Assembly: GCA_951406725.2 (NCBI GenBank)
Contig: OX597816.1
Coordinates: 73,904,001-73,968,000 of the forward strand
Direction: 5' to 3'
Origin: Octopus vulgaris
Taxonomy: Eukaryota
Length of the DNA stretch: 64,000 nucleotides
Below the pieces are notes generated by a model, which searched no databases, had not been told where the DNA came from, and saw only the letters and a program-made list of their open reading frames with translations. The number at the start of each line of letters is the position of its first letter. Within the stretch, counting starts at the first letter, position 1. Of this stretch, positions 1 through 12,700 are shown in pieces. A program made the position numbers and the translations under genes.

Positions 1-254
1 TGTTGGACAACATATTTATATATATGAGGTAAAGGAGTTTTCACCATGAAATATAAAAATACAATTTTGTTTTGTTTTCATTTCCTTTTGTGATTTACTT
101 TTTACCTTCTCGCATCATTCCAACCTTACACAACAAGCTCTCTTATATATATATATATATATATTTATACACACATACATAGATATATAAGTTTATGTAT
201 ACATACATGTGTGAGTGTGTGTGTGTGTGTGTGTGCATGGGTGTGCCACATAAA

Positions 255-485
255 ATGCAGCTGTGCTGGCACGACATAAAACACTCTTGCGCTGGTGCCT
301 CATGAAAGCATCCAGTACAGTCTGTAAAGTAGTTGGCATTAGGAAGGGCATCCAAGCTGTTGAAACCATACCAAGTAGACAATGGAACCTGATACAGCCC
401 TCTGGCTTACCAGCTCCTCTCAAACCATCCTATCCATGATGGAAAACGGATGTTAGACGATGATGATGATGATGATGATGATGAT
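255..485 (+). mobile_element. 5'-truncated RTE LINE 3' end
   Basis: TTGGCATTAGGAAGGGCATCC...AACCATCC..CCATG..(GAT)n, matching the 3' UTR of the RTE at 16240-16406. Confidence 0.75.
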
Positions 486-1221
486 CTATGTATGTATGTA
501 TGTATGTATGTATGTATGTTCCAGTGTCAAAAGTTTACATGCCATGATAAGAATTCACTAGAATTATAAAGAATACTGGCATCACTAGTGCCATTTATTG
601 ATTTTACTCTGGATGAGATGAACCCTGGTTGTGTTGCCTCCCCACCTGAATACATAAACCACTTTCTCTTGGTTGCATGTGTCACTCAAAGTTCTTTATA
701 TTCATTCCTGCAGCTGTTTTCACAATCAATATCCCAGGAATTTATTTTTCACAGAAGCATTAACTCAAAGAAAGAAAACAAATAAAGAAGTAAAATAACT
801 AAACAAAACTAAACATGCTTTAAAGTATATTGAGCTGTTATTTATTTAATCCAGGTGAGTGGATGTTAAAACAAACATTCTCTTCAGACTGACGCCAATA
901 TTTGGTATCTCACTTCCATAAAGTTTTAAAACATGAAATCCATTAGTAAAATTGTTGGAAATCAAAGAATCATAAAATGGATTGATTCTTTTTTAAAGGA
1001 GATCAATAATGAAAATATTCGTTTTTAACAGTTTTGGTTCTCAGGTGAGAGACTTAATTCATCACATGCTTTCAAGTCCCACCCTGCCTACCCCATGGTA
1101 CCTTTACCAGAGTCTTCTCCATTGTTACTTTCAGGTTGGGTCGCAACTCTGAGTACAACTTCTTATGCACAAAACATGCATTGGTACCAAAGATTGACTA
1201 ACAGAGGAAAAGGAATTCATA

Positions 1222-2005
1222 TGCAAGCATGGCTGTGTGGTAAGAAGCTTGCTTCCCAACCACATGGTTCTGGGCTCAATCTTACTGTGTGGTATCTTGG
1301 ACAAGTAGCACCTACTATAGCCTCGGACCAAACAAAGCCTTGTAAGTGGATTTAGTAGACAGAAACTGGAAGAAGCCCATCATATATGTGTGTATGTGTG
1401 TGTGCGCGTGTGACTTTATGTCTATGTTTATCCCCTACTAGCAGTATCGCCCGGCGTTGCTCGGGTTTGTAAGGGAAATAACTATAAAGTATTTTTAGAG
1501 AGTTATAGCCAAAAAATGGAAAAGAAATGATGGTAAATTTTTTTAGTTAAAAAGGTCGAGTTGCGTCCCCTAGACAATCTGTGGTTTGTGTTTCTGATTC
1601 TCGACCCCATGTCGAATTTATCGATTTTTTTCAGAACTGGGGGAACTTTTCAAACTTTTCGCTGCGTTAGTTTTGAATTATGACATTGGGCTATGTGTGT
1701 GTCAAGTTTCATCAGAATCGGTTGAAAGCCGTGGTCAGGGTGAGGGTACAACCTAACAGACACACAGAAACACACACAGACAAACTGCCGTTTATATATA
1801 GAGAGATAATCGCTTCACAACCAGTGTTGATGTGTTTACATCCCCGTAACTTAGCACTTAAGCAAAAGATATCAATAGAATAAATAACAGGCTTAAAACA
1901 ATTAAAATAATTAGCCTTGCGGTTGATTTGTTTGACTAAAACCCTTCAAGGTGGTGCCCCAGTATGACCACAGTCAAATGACTAACACAAGTAAAAGATT
2001 AAAGA
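1222..2005 (+). mobile_element. tRNA-derived CORE-like SINE (family A), interrupted by a Helitron
   Basis: Head TGGCTGTGTGGTAAG, CTTGGACAAGT, tail GGTGGTGCCCCAGTATGACCACAGTCAAATGACT; collinear with 12301-12700. Confidence 0.75.
1438..1806 (-). mobile_element. Non-autonomous Helitron
   Basis: On the minus strand: 5' TC (TCTCTCTATATATAAA), 3' hairpin CCCGAGCAACGCCGGG then CTAG, inserted between A and T with no TSD. Confidence 0.75.
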
Positions 2006-2099
2006 TAATGTAGAAAATGGCTAGGAGTAGGTTAGCCATGAGAGCATCTTTGAAATGAATTATTTCAAATGTCCAGAGAGTTCCCAGGAAGTTTTTCAC

Positions 2100-2830
2100 A
2101 GCTTCAGTCATCTAAGAGATAGAACCAACAATGGAGGAGTGTGCTCTGAAAGTAGAGTAGCCTCAATAAGAGCAGGATGGAGAAAGAGCAGGGAGCTATT
2201 ACTTCTGTTGCAACAATTGTATTTTTAGTTTCAGTGAAGGGGAGATTGTACCATGTTTGTGTACGAAGTGTGATATTATATGGCAGTGAGTTAAGGCATA
2301 TGGCTACATGGTTAGGGTATTTGGATCACAATCATAAGGTCATGAATTTAATTCCTGGCAGTGAGTCATGTCCTTAAGCAAGACACTATCTTTCATATTG
2401 TTCCAGTTCACTCATCTGGCTAAAATGAGTAACAGCTGTATTTTGAAGGGCCAGACTTGTCACACTCTGTGTCATGCTAAATCTCCCTGAGAACTATGTT
2501 AAGGGAATGCATGTCTGTGGAGTACTCAGCCACTTGCATATTAATTTGATTGGATCAACTGGAGCCCTCATTGTCTTAACCAATGGAGTGCCTGTTTACG
2601 GTGGTGAAAGATGAACGTGAACATGGAAAATGTTTGAAGACCAGAAAGAAATGAAATGATTATGGTATGCTGGATGTTAATATACATGAATGAAGGATGG
2701 CAGTTAGATGAAGAAATGGAAAGTGATCCAAGTTTGCAACAAGGAAGGGCAAAGAAGATATTGGGAGAAATGGTGAAAAATCATATCAGGAGGTGAGTTT
2801 GAGGAAGGGGATGTTGAAGGACCACAAGAA
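2100..2830 (+). mobile_element. Old degraded RTE fragment containing a nested SINE (about 2293-2597)
   Basis: Translates to VKGRLYHVCVRSVILYGSE, homologous to RTE VKGRLYDVCVRTAMLHGSE; the nested SINE has TGTCCTTAAGCAAGACAC. Confidence 0.65.
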
Positions 2831-2954
2831 TGGTGAGACACTTTGATGGAAAAGACAATGCCAAACCATGTAATCTTGAAAAAAAAAAGAAAAACAAGGA
2901 TGTAATATGATGATAAACATGATTATTGTGATGATGATGATGATGATGATGATC

Positions 2955-3150
2955 CTTTCTGAAATTTGCAGGGAGGGAGTAAGCCGATTACATCACTCCC
3001 ATTGCGTAACTGGTACTTATTTAATCAACCCCGAAAGGATGAAAGGCAAAGTCAACCTCAGTGGGATTTAAACTCAGAATGTAAAGATGGATGAAACACC
3101 GCTAAGCATTTCGCCTGGCGTGCAAACGATTCTGCCACCTTGCCACCTTC
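2955..3150 (-). mobile_element. SINE family B (Nin/Deu-like central domain)
   Basis: Reverse complement of GCCTTTCATCCTTTCGGGGTTGATTAAATAAGTACCAG; collinear with 23821-24035. Confidence 0.7.
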
Positions 3151-3709
3151 CATATGATGATAATAATGACAATAATGAGGATGATGTGATGATGATGATG
3201 ACAGTGATTATGCTGATGATGATAAGGACAGTGATAAACACACTGATGATAACAATGATCCTGTTGCTGCTGATGATGATGTCAATGATGACAATGACGA
3301 TGACAGTGATGATGATGATGATGATGGTTATGATGATAATGATGGTTATGACAATGATGACAGCAATTTATGAAATAAGCTATCACGACACATACTTAAT
3401 ATTTTATCTCACTCCGTAATCTAATAAATCTATCTTATTCTGAGATATCAACAAGCTTTGGTAATGCCAGTGTCAGATTCAATGATACATCAGCAATGAA
3501 TAAAGAGAGACAAATCATTAATTAAGTAGAAATGGCGCCATGTTTTATAGTAAGCCAGGTTCTGAGTGATTTGTTAGAAAAATTATAATGTTCGATATTC
3601 TCAAAAAATACCGTTATTATAATAACTAGGGCGTTACCTGTCATAGGATGGGAAATTCTGGAAGTATATGTTTGCCACCATGGACAATATCAGCAAATAT
3701 GAAATACAA

Positions 3710-4050
3710 GCACAGGAGTGGCTGTGTTGTAAGAAGTTTGCTTCCCAACCACATGGTTCTGGGTTCAGTTCCACAGCATGTCAGCCTCCAGCTGATGAAA
3801 GCCTTGTGAGTCAAATTTAGTAAACGGAAACTGAAAGAATCCTGTTGTGTGTGTGTGTGTCTTTGGGTCTGCATTTGTCCCCCACTACTGCTTGACAACC
3901 AGTGTCGGTGTGTTTACATCCCTGTAATTAAGCAGTTTGGCAAAAGACACAAATAGAATAAGTAATGGGGTAGATTCGTTCAATTAAAATTTCTCAAGGT
4001 GGTGCCCCAGCATGGCCTCAGTCTATTGAGTGAAACAAATAAAAGGATTA
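3710..4050 (+). mobile_element. SINE family A
   Basis: Collinear with 12301-12700, with an internal deletion. Confidence 0.7.
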
Positions 4051-4284
4051 ACTGATAAATACAATAACTACAATTTAACTTTTATCAAATTTATTGATGC
4101 TTATGATGAAATTAATAATAATTTTCAAAAAAAAAAAATACTTGTTACTTTAAAATAAAATTTAATAAAATAACACAATGATGTACAAACTCATTGTTCA
4201 TATGTTCTGGCAGGTCAGGGTGGCAACATGGCAGAATTGTTACACACCAAGAAAAATGCTTAGCAGCACTTAATCCGTCTTTAT

Positions 4285-4810
4285 AATCATCATCATCATT
4301 GTTGTCATCATTTAACGTCTGTTGTCCATGCTGGCATGGGTTGGATGGTTTGACCAGAGCTGGCACACTGGAAGGCTGTGCTACACTCCAGTCTGATTTG
4401 GCATGGTTTTCTAAGGCTTGATGCCCTTCCTAATGCCAACCACTCTGAGAGTGCAATGAGTGCGTTTACATGCCACTGGCATGGGTGACATTTGCATGAA
4501 ACCAGGGTGCTTTTACATGCCACCAGCATAGATGCCATTTGTATGACACTGGTGTCTACCATGATTGTGATTTTTGCTCGGCTTGATGAGTCTTCTTCTC
4601 AAGCACGACGCAATGGCAAAGGCCTTGGTCGTTGCCTCTGTGAGGCCCAACACTTGAAAGGAACTCAGCCACTTTCCTCCATGAGGCCCAATGCTCGAAA
4701 GAAACTCAGCCACCCCACCTCCATAAAGCCCAACACTTGGACACTCGAAAGGAACTCAGTCACTTTGCCTCTGTGAGGCCCAACATTCAAAGGATGTTCT
4801 TTATGTGCCA
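4285..4810 (-). mobile_element. RTE 3' end with a 42-bp tandem array, inserted into a family B SINE (4220-4955)
   Basis: (CAT)n tail, CCATGCTGGCATGG, GATGCCCTTCCTAATGCCAACC; array unit AAAGGAACTCAGCCACTTT at 4630-4790. Confidence 0.7.
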
Positions 4811-5164
4811 CAATCTGAGTTCAAATTCTGCCAAGGTTGACTTTGCCTTTCATCCTTTTGGGATTGATAAAATAAGTACCAGATGAGCACTGAGCTCACA
4901 GTAATCACCTTATACCCTTCTCCAAACTGGCCTTGTGCCAAATTTGACACCAATATATTCTGGTAGATCCAAACTCAAATATGCTACAAAATTGTCTACA
5001 GAAAATGAACTGATTGCTCACTAGTAATGCACCCTGGCATTGCCCGGGTATTATAAACTACAACTATATTGCATTATTTGTTCCTTTCATTATTTGTTCC
5101 TTTCTCAACCACACAGTCATTCTTGCACCTAATATGTGTGTGTATTTACATTTCTTGTTTAATC

Positions 5165-5405
5165 GACTATTTATTTCTTTATTGCCCACAGGGGAGCTAA
5201 ACATAGAGGGGACAAACAAGGACAGACAAAGGGATTAAGTCGATTACATGAACTCCAGTGCGTAACTGTTACTTATTTAATTGACCCCGAAAGGATGAAA
5301 AGCAAAGTCAACCTTGATGGAATTTGAACTCAGAACATAAGGGCAGACAAAATAACACTAAACATTTCACCCGGCGTGCTAACAATTCTGCCAGCTTGCC
5401 GCCCT
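5165..5405 (-). mobile_element. SINE family B, variant tail
   Basis: CCCCGAAAGGATGAAA core; tail variant shared with 7048-7115 and 63555-63955. Confidence 0.7.
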
Positions 5406-5562
5406 TTGAATTGAGTACCATGTCTCATTATGTCCCAAAGTTAGCAGTTCATCAAGCAGAGATCTATAAAATAAATACTATATTGAAATATGTACTGAGG
5501 TCAGAATTATCAATTAGAGTTTTGAAGGTGATATTCCATCATGGCGACAGTTGAAAGACTAA

Positions 5563-5673
5563 ACCCAGTAGAATAATGTTTAAAGACTTAATGGATTCAA
5601 ATTTAAGGTAATGGATTACCCATTAGAATAATGTTTAAAGACTTAATGGATTCAAATTTAAGGTAATGGATTA
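5563..5673. repeat. About 55-bp tandem duplication
   Basis: AGAATAATGTTTAAAGACTTAATGGATTCAAATTTAAGGTAATGGATTA present twice. Confidence 0.85.
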
Positions 5674-5799
5674 CTAATAACTCTTTTGATACCTCATATG
5701 TCAAAATCAACAATTCAGTTTTGAATCCATAAGGAACACACACACATACACACACACAACCTCTGTTTTATTACATCATCAACATCAACATCAACAGCA

Positions 5800-6065
5800 A
5801 TATCAAAATCAAATCGAATGGAAATTGTAGTTGTGAGCCCCATGCTGGTAGCACATAAAAAGCACCTACTACACTCTTGGAGTGGTTGGCATTAGGAAGG
5901 GCATCCAGCTGTAGAAACACTGCCAGATCAGATTGGGGCCTGGTGCAGCCTCCTTGCTTCCCAGACTCCAGTCAAACTATCCAACCCATGCCGGTATGGA
6001 AAACGGACGTTAACTAATGATGATGATGATGATGTTAAATGATGATGATGATGATAATGATGATA
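5800..6065 (+). mobile_element. RTE 3' end
   Basis: Matches 16000-16406; (GAT)n tail. Confidence 0.75.
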
Positions 6066-6155
6066 AATACCATTATTTACCCCTCCTCTTCCTCCTGCTC
6101 CTCCTCTGTCTCTATAATTTTTTTGCATTCGCTGTGTCAGTGTTGCCAAATCTAA

Positions 6156-6302
6156 TACAAGGAGGTGCTGAAAAATTCCTGGCTTTAAGGGTATTGCAAG
6201 GTGCTTGACTGGAGGCCCAGCCTTCCCTCCAAGTTTTTTCACAGGACTTAGAAAAACTGAAGGATTGTTGCAATGAGTGTGTGAATCTGAGAGGGGAATA
6301 TG
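6156..6302 (+). mobile_element. Internally deleted mariner fragment
   Basis: TA+CAAGGAGGTGCTGAAAAATTCCTGGC TIR-like start; encodes the mariner C-terminus-like LEKLKDCCNECVNLRGEY. Confidence 0.55.
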
Positions 6303-7114
6303 CCTATTAATTTATCTAAAGCAGAAACCAATATTTTCTGCTTCAAATTATCAGCAAAACATACCATTTGATACATTATTCAGAGAATCTGATACATTAT
6401 TTTGAGAAAGCTCTTATTTATGATGTGTAATGATAACAGATGCGTTGTTTTAATAATGCTAAAAGACCTCTTTCACCAAAGATTGTCGTCTACAGAAGAA
6501 GTATTGAATAACATTTCAGATAACAATGGTTAGAAGGCAGAATGTTGTCAGCAGGTTTATGAATTGTTTTTTCTCACAACAGGTAATGTTAGCAAACATA
6601 ATGATGTGGAAGTTTTAAATATCAGCTCCTTAAACTGAAACACGCACAAGCTTAATTATTAATAAGCGTAGAAGAGATAGAAATACAAGGTGCATCAGAA
6701 AAACCTTTCGCTCTTGTTTCAATGTTTTGGCGCCAATGAAGTTAGACAAGTGGTAATGCTTTTACCAATTTTCTTCCCCCCACCTTTATTACCATGCTTT
6801 GGGCCAGTGCACATCATTTATTCACAGTTGAAACATGTTTGTCAATCTGTAAAACAGGGGAAGATTTTTGTACCTTATACATACATCCCTTCTATTCTTT
6901 TAATGCATTCTTTTCTTTTATTCTTTTATTTGTTTCAGTTATTTGACTGCAGCCATGCTGGAGCACTGCCTTTAGTCGAACAAATCAGCCCCAGGACTTA
7001 TTCTTTGTAAGCCTAGTACTTATTCTATCGGTTTCTTTTGCTGAACTTAATCCCTTCATCTATCCTTGTTTGTCCCCTCTATGTTTAGCCCCTTGTGAGC
7101 AATAAAGAAATAAT

Positions 7115-7320
7115 AAACATTAGTATGCCAGGCAAAATGCTTGGCAGTATTTCGTCTGTCCTTACATTCCGAGTTCAAATTCCGCCGAGGTCGACTTTGC
7201 CCTTCATCCTTTCGGGGTCGATAAATTAACTACCAGTTGCATACTAAGGGTTGTTCTAATCGACTGGGCACCCCCTTCCCCCAAAATTTCGGGCCTTGTG
7301 CCTAGAGTAGAAAATATTAT
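7115..7320 (+). mobile_element. SINE family B
   Basis: GAGTTCAAATTCCGCCGAGGTCGACTTTGCCCTTCATCCTTTCGGGGTCGATAAATTAA. Confidence 0.75.
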
Positions 7321-7720
7321 AAATTTGGTTCTATGAATTCTGCATACACCAACTGAATTCCACATGCATATTCAGTAAAAGGTGTATTCCTGCTGCATGA
7401 TGGCACAATGCAGCAAATAACTATACAAGAGCTGTGACATGCATGCTATAAGGTTTATTATCCAGGTGACATTAAACATATATATCTATATATATATAAA
7501 TTTATATAAATAAGGATAAGATCTTTATATAAATTTATATATTTATTTCGTCATTATATTCACTGCGGTGTTATTCTGACCATATTGCACAAGGAGTTTT
7601 ATGGCGGGCAATTTAAACTGGTCATGTGCATACGTGCATATATGTGTATGTATACACTTGTATATGTAAGTATATCGTATGTTGTATATATATATATATT
7701 TGTATTTATGTGCTATGTGA

Positions 7721-7789
7721 GTGTATTCCACTGATGAAGGCAAAGCATTTCTTATGCAAAGCCAGAAATCTGGGATCTGGAATTATACA
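7721..7789 (+). ncRNA. Type I hammerhead ribozyme motif in a probable Penelope pLTR (unit about 7545-7918)
   Basis: ATTCCA-CTGATGA-A-GGC..GCAT/ATGC..GCC-A-GAAA-TC tgg GA-TC-TGGAAT; predicted cleavage after C7777. Confidence 0.75.
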
Positions 7790-7913
7790 GTAATTCTTTT
7801 ACTAGTTTATTTTGTCTCTTTGTCTTCTCTCCTGGTGCTGTAATGTGGTTTTAGAGTCAAATTTTGACTGCTATTTCCTGTGTGGTTGTATCTCTTAGAT
7901 ACCCTAAATTATA

Positions 7914-7948
<35 letters not shown>

Positions 7949-8356
7949 ATGGATTTACGAATTTCCATACCAGCAGCAAACTAATAACTCTCCCATAAAT
8001 TTATTCTGGAAGATGGGAACAATAAACGTTTGCCAGAATAAACAGCATTGAAGATTTTATGAGCACATTTGAAAACATTTCACATAAACGGACTTAAAGG
8101 ATATTTCTTATTGTCAGTTTGTTGTTCATAATTTGGAGACAAAAGCACACAATATAAACAACAGAACAGATATATTTATATTGTCAAGCAACCTGTTATT
8201 GGTCTTGGTATACAAATGATGAGAATGTTACTATTACATTTTGTGGCCATTTTTGTCCGAAGAGGTGTCTATACTAAGTAGTGGCAGTATTCAATGTGAA
8301 ACATTCTGACCAGAAACATTCTGACCAGTTAGATGCCATAGCTAGTAATGTATGTA

Positions 8357-8388
<32 letters not shown>

Positions 8389-8439
8389 TGTTTGTGTGGG
8401 TGGGTGTGTGTTTGTGTGTAAGTGTATTAAATATTCCAC

Positions 8440-8804
8440 CAACTGAATGTGGCTGATGCCAATAACACCCGACTGGCTCTTGTGCTGGTGGCACGTAAAA
8501 AGCACCATCTGAATGTGGAGAGTATCAGTACCTGCTGACTGGCCCCCATGCAGGTGACATGTAAAAAGAACAATCAGAACGGGATCGATGCCAGGCCTGC
8601 ATGACTAGCTCCTGTGCCAGTGGTACATAAAAAGCACATACTACACTGTCAGAGTGGTTGGCATTAGGATGGGCATCCAGCTGTAGAAACACTGCCAGAT
8701 CAGATTGGGCCTGGTGCAGCATCCTGGCTTCCCAGACACCAGTCGAACTGTCCAACCCATGCCAGCATGGAAAATGGACGTTAACCGATGATGATGATGA
8801 TGAT
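8440..8804 (+). mobile_element. RTE 3' end
   Basis: GGTGGCACGTAAAAAGCACC units, stem-loop and (GAT)n tail. Confidence 0.75.
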
Positions 8805-9024
8805 CTAAGACAGTTCTTGTTGATGGACGTAGATGACACAAAAAAAAATAAAGTGGATATATGATATATATTTAAGTTGATATGTGATATATTTAACTCT
8901 GAAGAAGAAATCAATAAGACATAAGACAAACTTAAGAAGTGTGTGTGTGTGCACGCGTACGGGTTAGTGTTTGTGTGGGTGTGTGTTTGTGCGTGTGTAT
9001 GTGTATTTGTGTGTGTATGTGTGT

Positions 9025-9470
9025 TGGTGTGTATGTGTGTTTGTGCCGGTTTACACTTATGAGTGAGTGTGTATGTGTGTTTGTGCCGGTGTACACTTAT
9101 GAGTGAGTGTGTATGTGTGTTTGTGTCCGTGTACACTTATGAGTGAGTGTGTATGTGTTTTTGTGTCAGTGTACACTTATGAGCGAGTGTGTATGTGTGT
9201 TTGTGCCGGTGTACACTTATGAGTGAATGTGTATGTGTGTTTGTGTCAGTGTACACTTATGAGTGAGTGTGTATGTGTGTTTGTGCCGGTGTACACTTAT
9301 GAGTGAGTGTGTATGTGTGTTTGTGCCGGTGTACACTTATGAGTGAGTGTGTATGTGTGTTTGTGTCCGTGTACACTTATGAGTGAGTGTGTATGTGTGT
9401 TTGTGCTGGTTTACACTTATGAGTGAGTGTGTATGTGTGTTTGTGCCGGTGTACACTTATGAGTGAGTGT
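9025..9470. repeat. 40-bp minisatellite, about 11 copies
   Basis: Unit GTACACTTATGAGTGAGTGTGTATGTGTGTTTGTGCCGGT. Confidence 0.9.
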
Positions 9471-9937
9471 GCATGAGAATAAGTGCATGAATATGTGAGG
9501 ATGTCTGCATGTATGTTTATGTCAGTAAGGAAATGTAATAAGACCGCATGCATATGTCTGACTGTATGTATGTATTTGTGCTGTACACAAGATACGACTA
9601 TTGCATTGTTTAAATAGTTGTTGTTGTTGCTGCTGCAATTGTTGTTGTTATAGTTGCTGTTGTTGTTGCTACAGTTGTTGGTAAAGTTGTTCATTGTACC
9701 TCAGTATATCCAACCTAAACCTAATTAACAAAAAAAATAATTAGTATTCTCTTCCTTAATTTACTCTTCCTATGCATATGTACAACCATTTTAAATAAAA
9801 ACAATTTAAAGTTGCTCTATTTTCCCAATTTTGCCTAATGACTGTTTCATTCACAAAAACAGTTAATGACATAAATTTACAAATACTAATTAACCCCAAA
9901 TTTGAGTTTAAAATTATCCCCAGAGAATATGACATAA

Positions 9938-10139
9938 CCCTTTTGTTACTGTATTTACTTTGAGATGCTCTATGTTTCTTTCAATTAATTTTAAATATAA
10001 CAAAGAATTTAGTAAAATCACTTATCATTCAGCTAGTGTTAGGAACATGAATTGTGACTAAGGTTTGGTGGAAGATTTTATTTCAAAACTTATGAAAACA
10101 GAACCAGAGCTGGTTTCAGCCGGGTTGGTATCAAAAGGG
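9938..10139 (+). mobile_element. piggyBac-type MITE
   Basis: (A)TAA-CCCTTTTGTTAC...GTATCAAAAGGG-TTAA; same family as 25018-25238. Confidence 0.75.
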
Positions 10140-10170
10140 TTAAGAATTGTTTCTCTATTATATATTTTAA

Positions 10171-10387
10171 CCCATTTGTTACCATATTTCTGTCGAGATG
10201 CTCTCTGTTTCTTTCAATTATTTTAAATATAACAAAGAAACTTAGTAAAATAACTTAGATATCATTAAGCAAGTGTTAGGAACATAAATTGTGACTAAGA
10301 TTTGGTGGAAGATTTTAATTCAAAACTTATGGAAACAAGACATTTGTACTCAGAGCCAGAGGTGGTTTCAGCAGGTTGGTAACGAAA
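10171..10387 (+). mobile_element. piggyBac-type MITE, 3' end clipped
   Basis: TTAA-CCCATTTGTTACC...GGTTGGTAACGAAA. Confidence 0.7.
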
Positions 10388-10404
10388 TATATATATATAT
10401 TCAG

Positions 10405-10436
<32 letters not shown>

Positions 10437-10624
10437 AAAAAACAGATAAGTGGTACAACAAGGCACCAATATTTACTGGAAAATAGCAATCGATACAAAT
10501 ACGACGCTATTGTATAGCTTCACTGCGTATTTACTAGCAAAGACATGTGTGTGTGCAACAAACATAAAAAATTTGTCTTACCTCTAGGAAGAACATTCGA
10601 TAAATGGACAACCTAGAATCAGAT

Positions 10625-10697
10625 AATGCAGGACTGGTTTCTGACTCTTCAAATATGTTTGACAACGTAAATTTGATCAGTCTTCATCAGCTGCATT
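10625..10697 (-). ncRNA. Type I hammerhead ribozyme motif
   Basis: Minus strand: AATGCAG-CTGATGA-A-GACT..TCAAAT/ATTTGA..AGTC-A-GAAA-CCAG-TC-CTGCATT; perfect 7-bp helix I and GUC site. Confidence 0.8.
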
Positions 10698-10801
10698 TAC
10701 CTAGACAATATTTCAAATGTTGCCACATCAATGCCAGTATACTCACCTGAACACCTAGCCGTTAACAGAATGAGAACAGTGATAGAGTTTGCAATGAAAA
10801 T

Positions 10802-11022
10802 TATAATGCAATACAAATGTATTACTTTCCAGTAAAATAAAGCCCCATAAGGGTAGAATTATACATATTTCTGTTGAGATGCTTTGTGTTTCTTTCAACT
10901 ATTTTAAATATAACAAAGAACTTAGTAAAATAACTTAGATATATACATAGGTTTTATATGTATAATTCTACCCTTATGGGGCTTTATTTTACTGGAAAGT
11001 AATACATTTGTATTGCATTATA
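10802..11022. repeat. Perfect 67-bp inverted repeat around a MITE fragment
   Basis: 10802-10868 is the reverse complement of 10956-11022. Confidence 0.85.
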
Positions 11023-11124
11023 TATATGTATGTATATAAATATAATTTATAAGTAAGGGCAAAAGAAAAAATTTCTAATGCCAAAATGTGCCGAAAATAG
11101 ACACAACGTCAATAACCATGAAAA

Positions 11125-11246
11125 TTATCACTATAAGCACATGTTTCGAAGAAAGCCGACAGAATTTTTCTAAAAAATCCCGTTATTACCATATCGGACC
11201 CGATTTCAGAGTTAGTTCATAAGAACCTTCCCTTCATCAGTGATAA
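11125..11246 (-). ncRNA. Degenerate hammerhead-like motif with long stem II
   Basis: Minus strand: TTATCA-CTGATGA-AGGGAAG..CTTTCTT-C-GAAA-CATG-T..TGATAA; the cleavage junction is non-canonical. Confidence 0.4.
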
Positions 11247-12300
11247 ATGCATAAAGATATAAGTAAAATACTTACTTATACCCATGGAAGAATATATGTA
11301 TGTATATATCTATATATAGATAGATATAGATATATATAGACATAAATATACGGTATATATATATATATATACTGCATATATATGTCTATATATCTATATA
11401 TATATAGATATATATATATATACTGTATATATATATATGTCTATCTATCTATCTATATATATATTGATATAGATATAGATATATATACTGTATATATATG
11501 TATATATACTGTATATATATTTAGAAAGAAACTCAATGAAAATCCAATTCTTAAATCATAGATAATACCATGTGATTCAAAGTCTCATTGTAATTTGTTA
11601 ATAATAATAATAATAATAATAATGACAGCTTTGACCGTAAAGCATTAGAAAGTTCATAAATTGGCTTTGTAATTATATTGTTCATTATGTCTAAAACATA
11701 ACTTTTATTTCTAATTAAGTTAGCAGAAATTATAATAGCAAAATTTGATGATAATGACAACACACAATTGGCAAACTAATTACATGAAGATCAAGAAATA
11801 TGCTGCAGACACCAGATTAAAACATAATTTCACAAGTCAGAAAAAATTTGGAATAGAGAAAGATAAATATTTTACAAGACAATTAGGAAATATGACAGGT
11901 AATATGGCAGACACACACATGAACACACACACACACAAAGCAAAAGCAGTTGTGGCTTGGTATATTAATTCTTGGATATACTGTTTCAGAAAATATTTAA
12001 AAATTGTTTTAGCATTGTGTAACACACAGAGAAATACATTCATCATTATCACCATCATCATCGTTATTTAATGTTCATGTTCTATGCTGGTGTTGGTTGG
12101 ATGGTTGGGCAGGTCCCGATGTGCCCAAGGACTGCATCATCTTCCAATTTCTGCTACGGCACGGTTTCTATGCCTGCATGCCCCTTGCAACACCAACCAT
12201 TTGATGTTGAATCAAAATTAGATTTAATACGAAATTGGATTCAATACATACACACGTTTCAAAAGACAATACAAATATGTAAGAAAAAAGTTATAATCAT

Positions 12301-12464
12301 AGGCGCAGGAGTGGCTGTGTGGTAAGTAGCTTGCTAACCAACCACATGGTTCCGGGTTCAGTCCCACTGCGTGGCATCTTGGGCAAGTGTCTTCTACTAT
12401 AGCCCCGGGCCGACCAATGCCTTGTGAGTGGATTTGGTAGACGGAAACTGAAAGAAGCCTGTTG

Positions 12465-12497
<33 letters not shown>

Positions 12498-12700
12498 ATG
12501 TGTTTGTGTGTCTGTGTTTGTCCCCCTAGCATTGCTTGACAACCGATGCTGGTGTGTTTACATCCCCGTCACTTAGCAATAGAATAAGTACTGGGCTTAC
12601 AAAGAATAAGTCCCGGGGTCGATTTGCTCGACTAAAGGCGGTGCTCCAGCATGGCCGCAGTCAAATGACTGAAACAAGTAAAAGAGTAAAGAGTAAAGAG
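12301..12700 (+). mobile_element. Full-length SINE family A (tRNA head, CORE-like segment, internal (TA)n, CR1-like tail)
   Basis: A box TGGCTGTGTGG, B box GGTTCAGTCCC, CTTGGGCAAGTG, tail GGCGGTGCTCCAGCATGGCC..(AAAGAGT)n. Confidence 0.85.

Noticed and set aside
3785-3805. CTGATGAAAGCC in a SINE
   Set aside because: A mutated form of the SINE sequence CCGACCAAAGCC; no helices.
9025-9470. Regular 40-bp repeats as a CRISPR-like array
   Set aside because: Head-to-tail units with no unique spacers, in a eukaryotic context.
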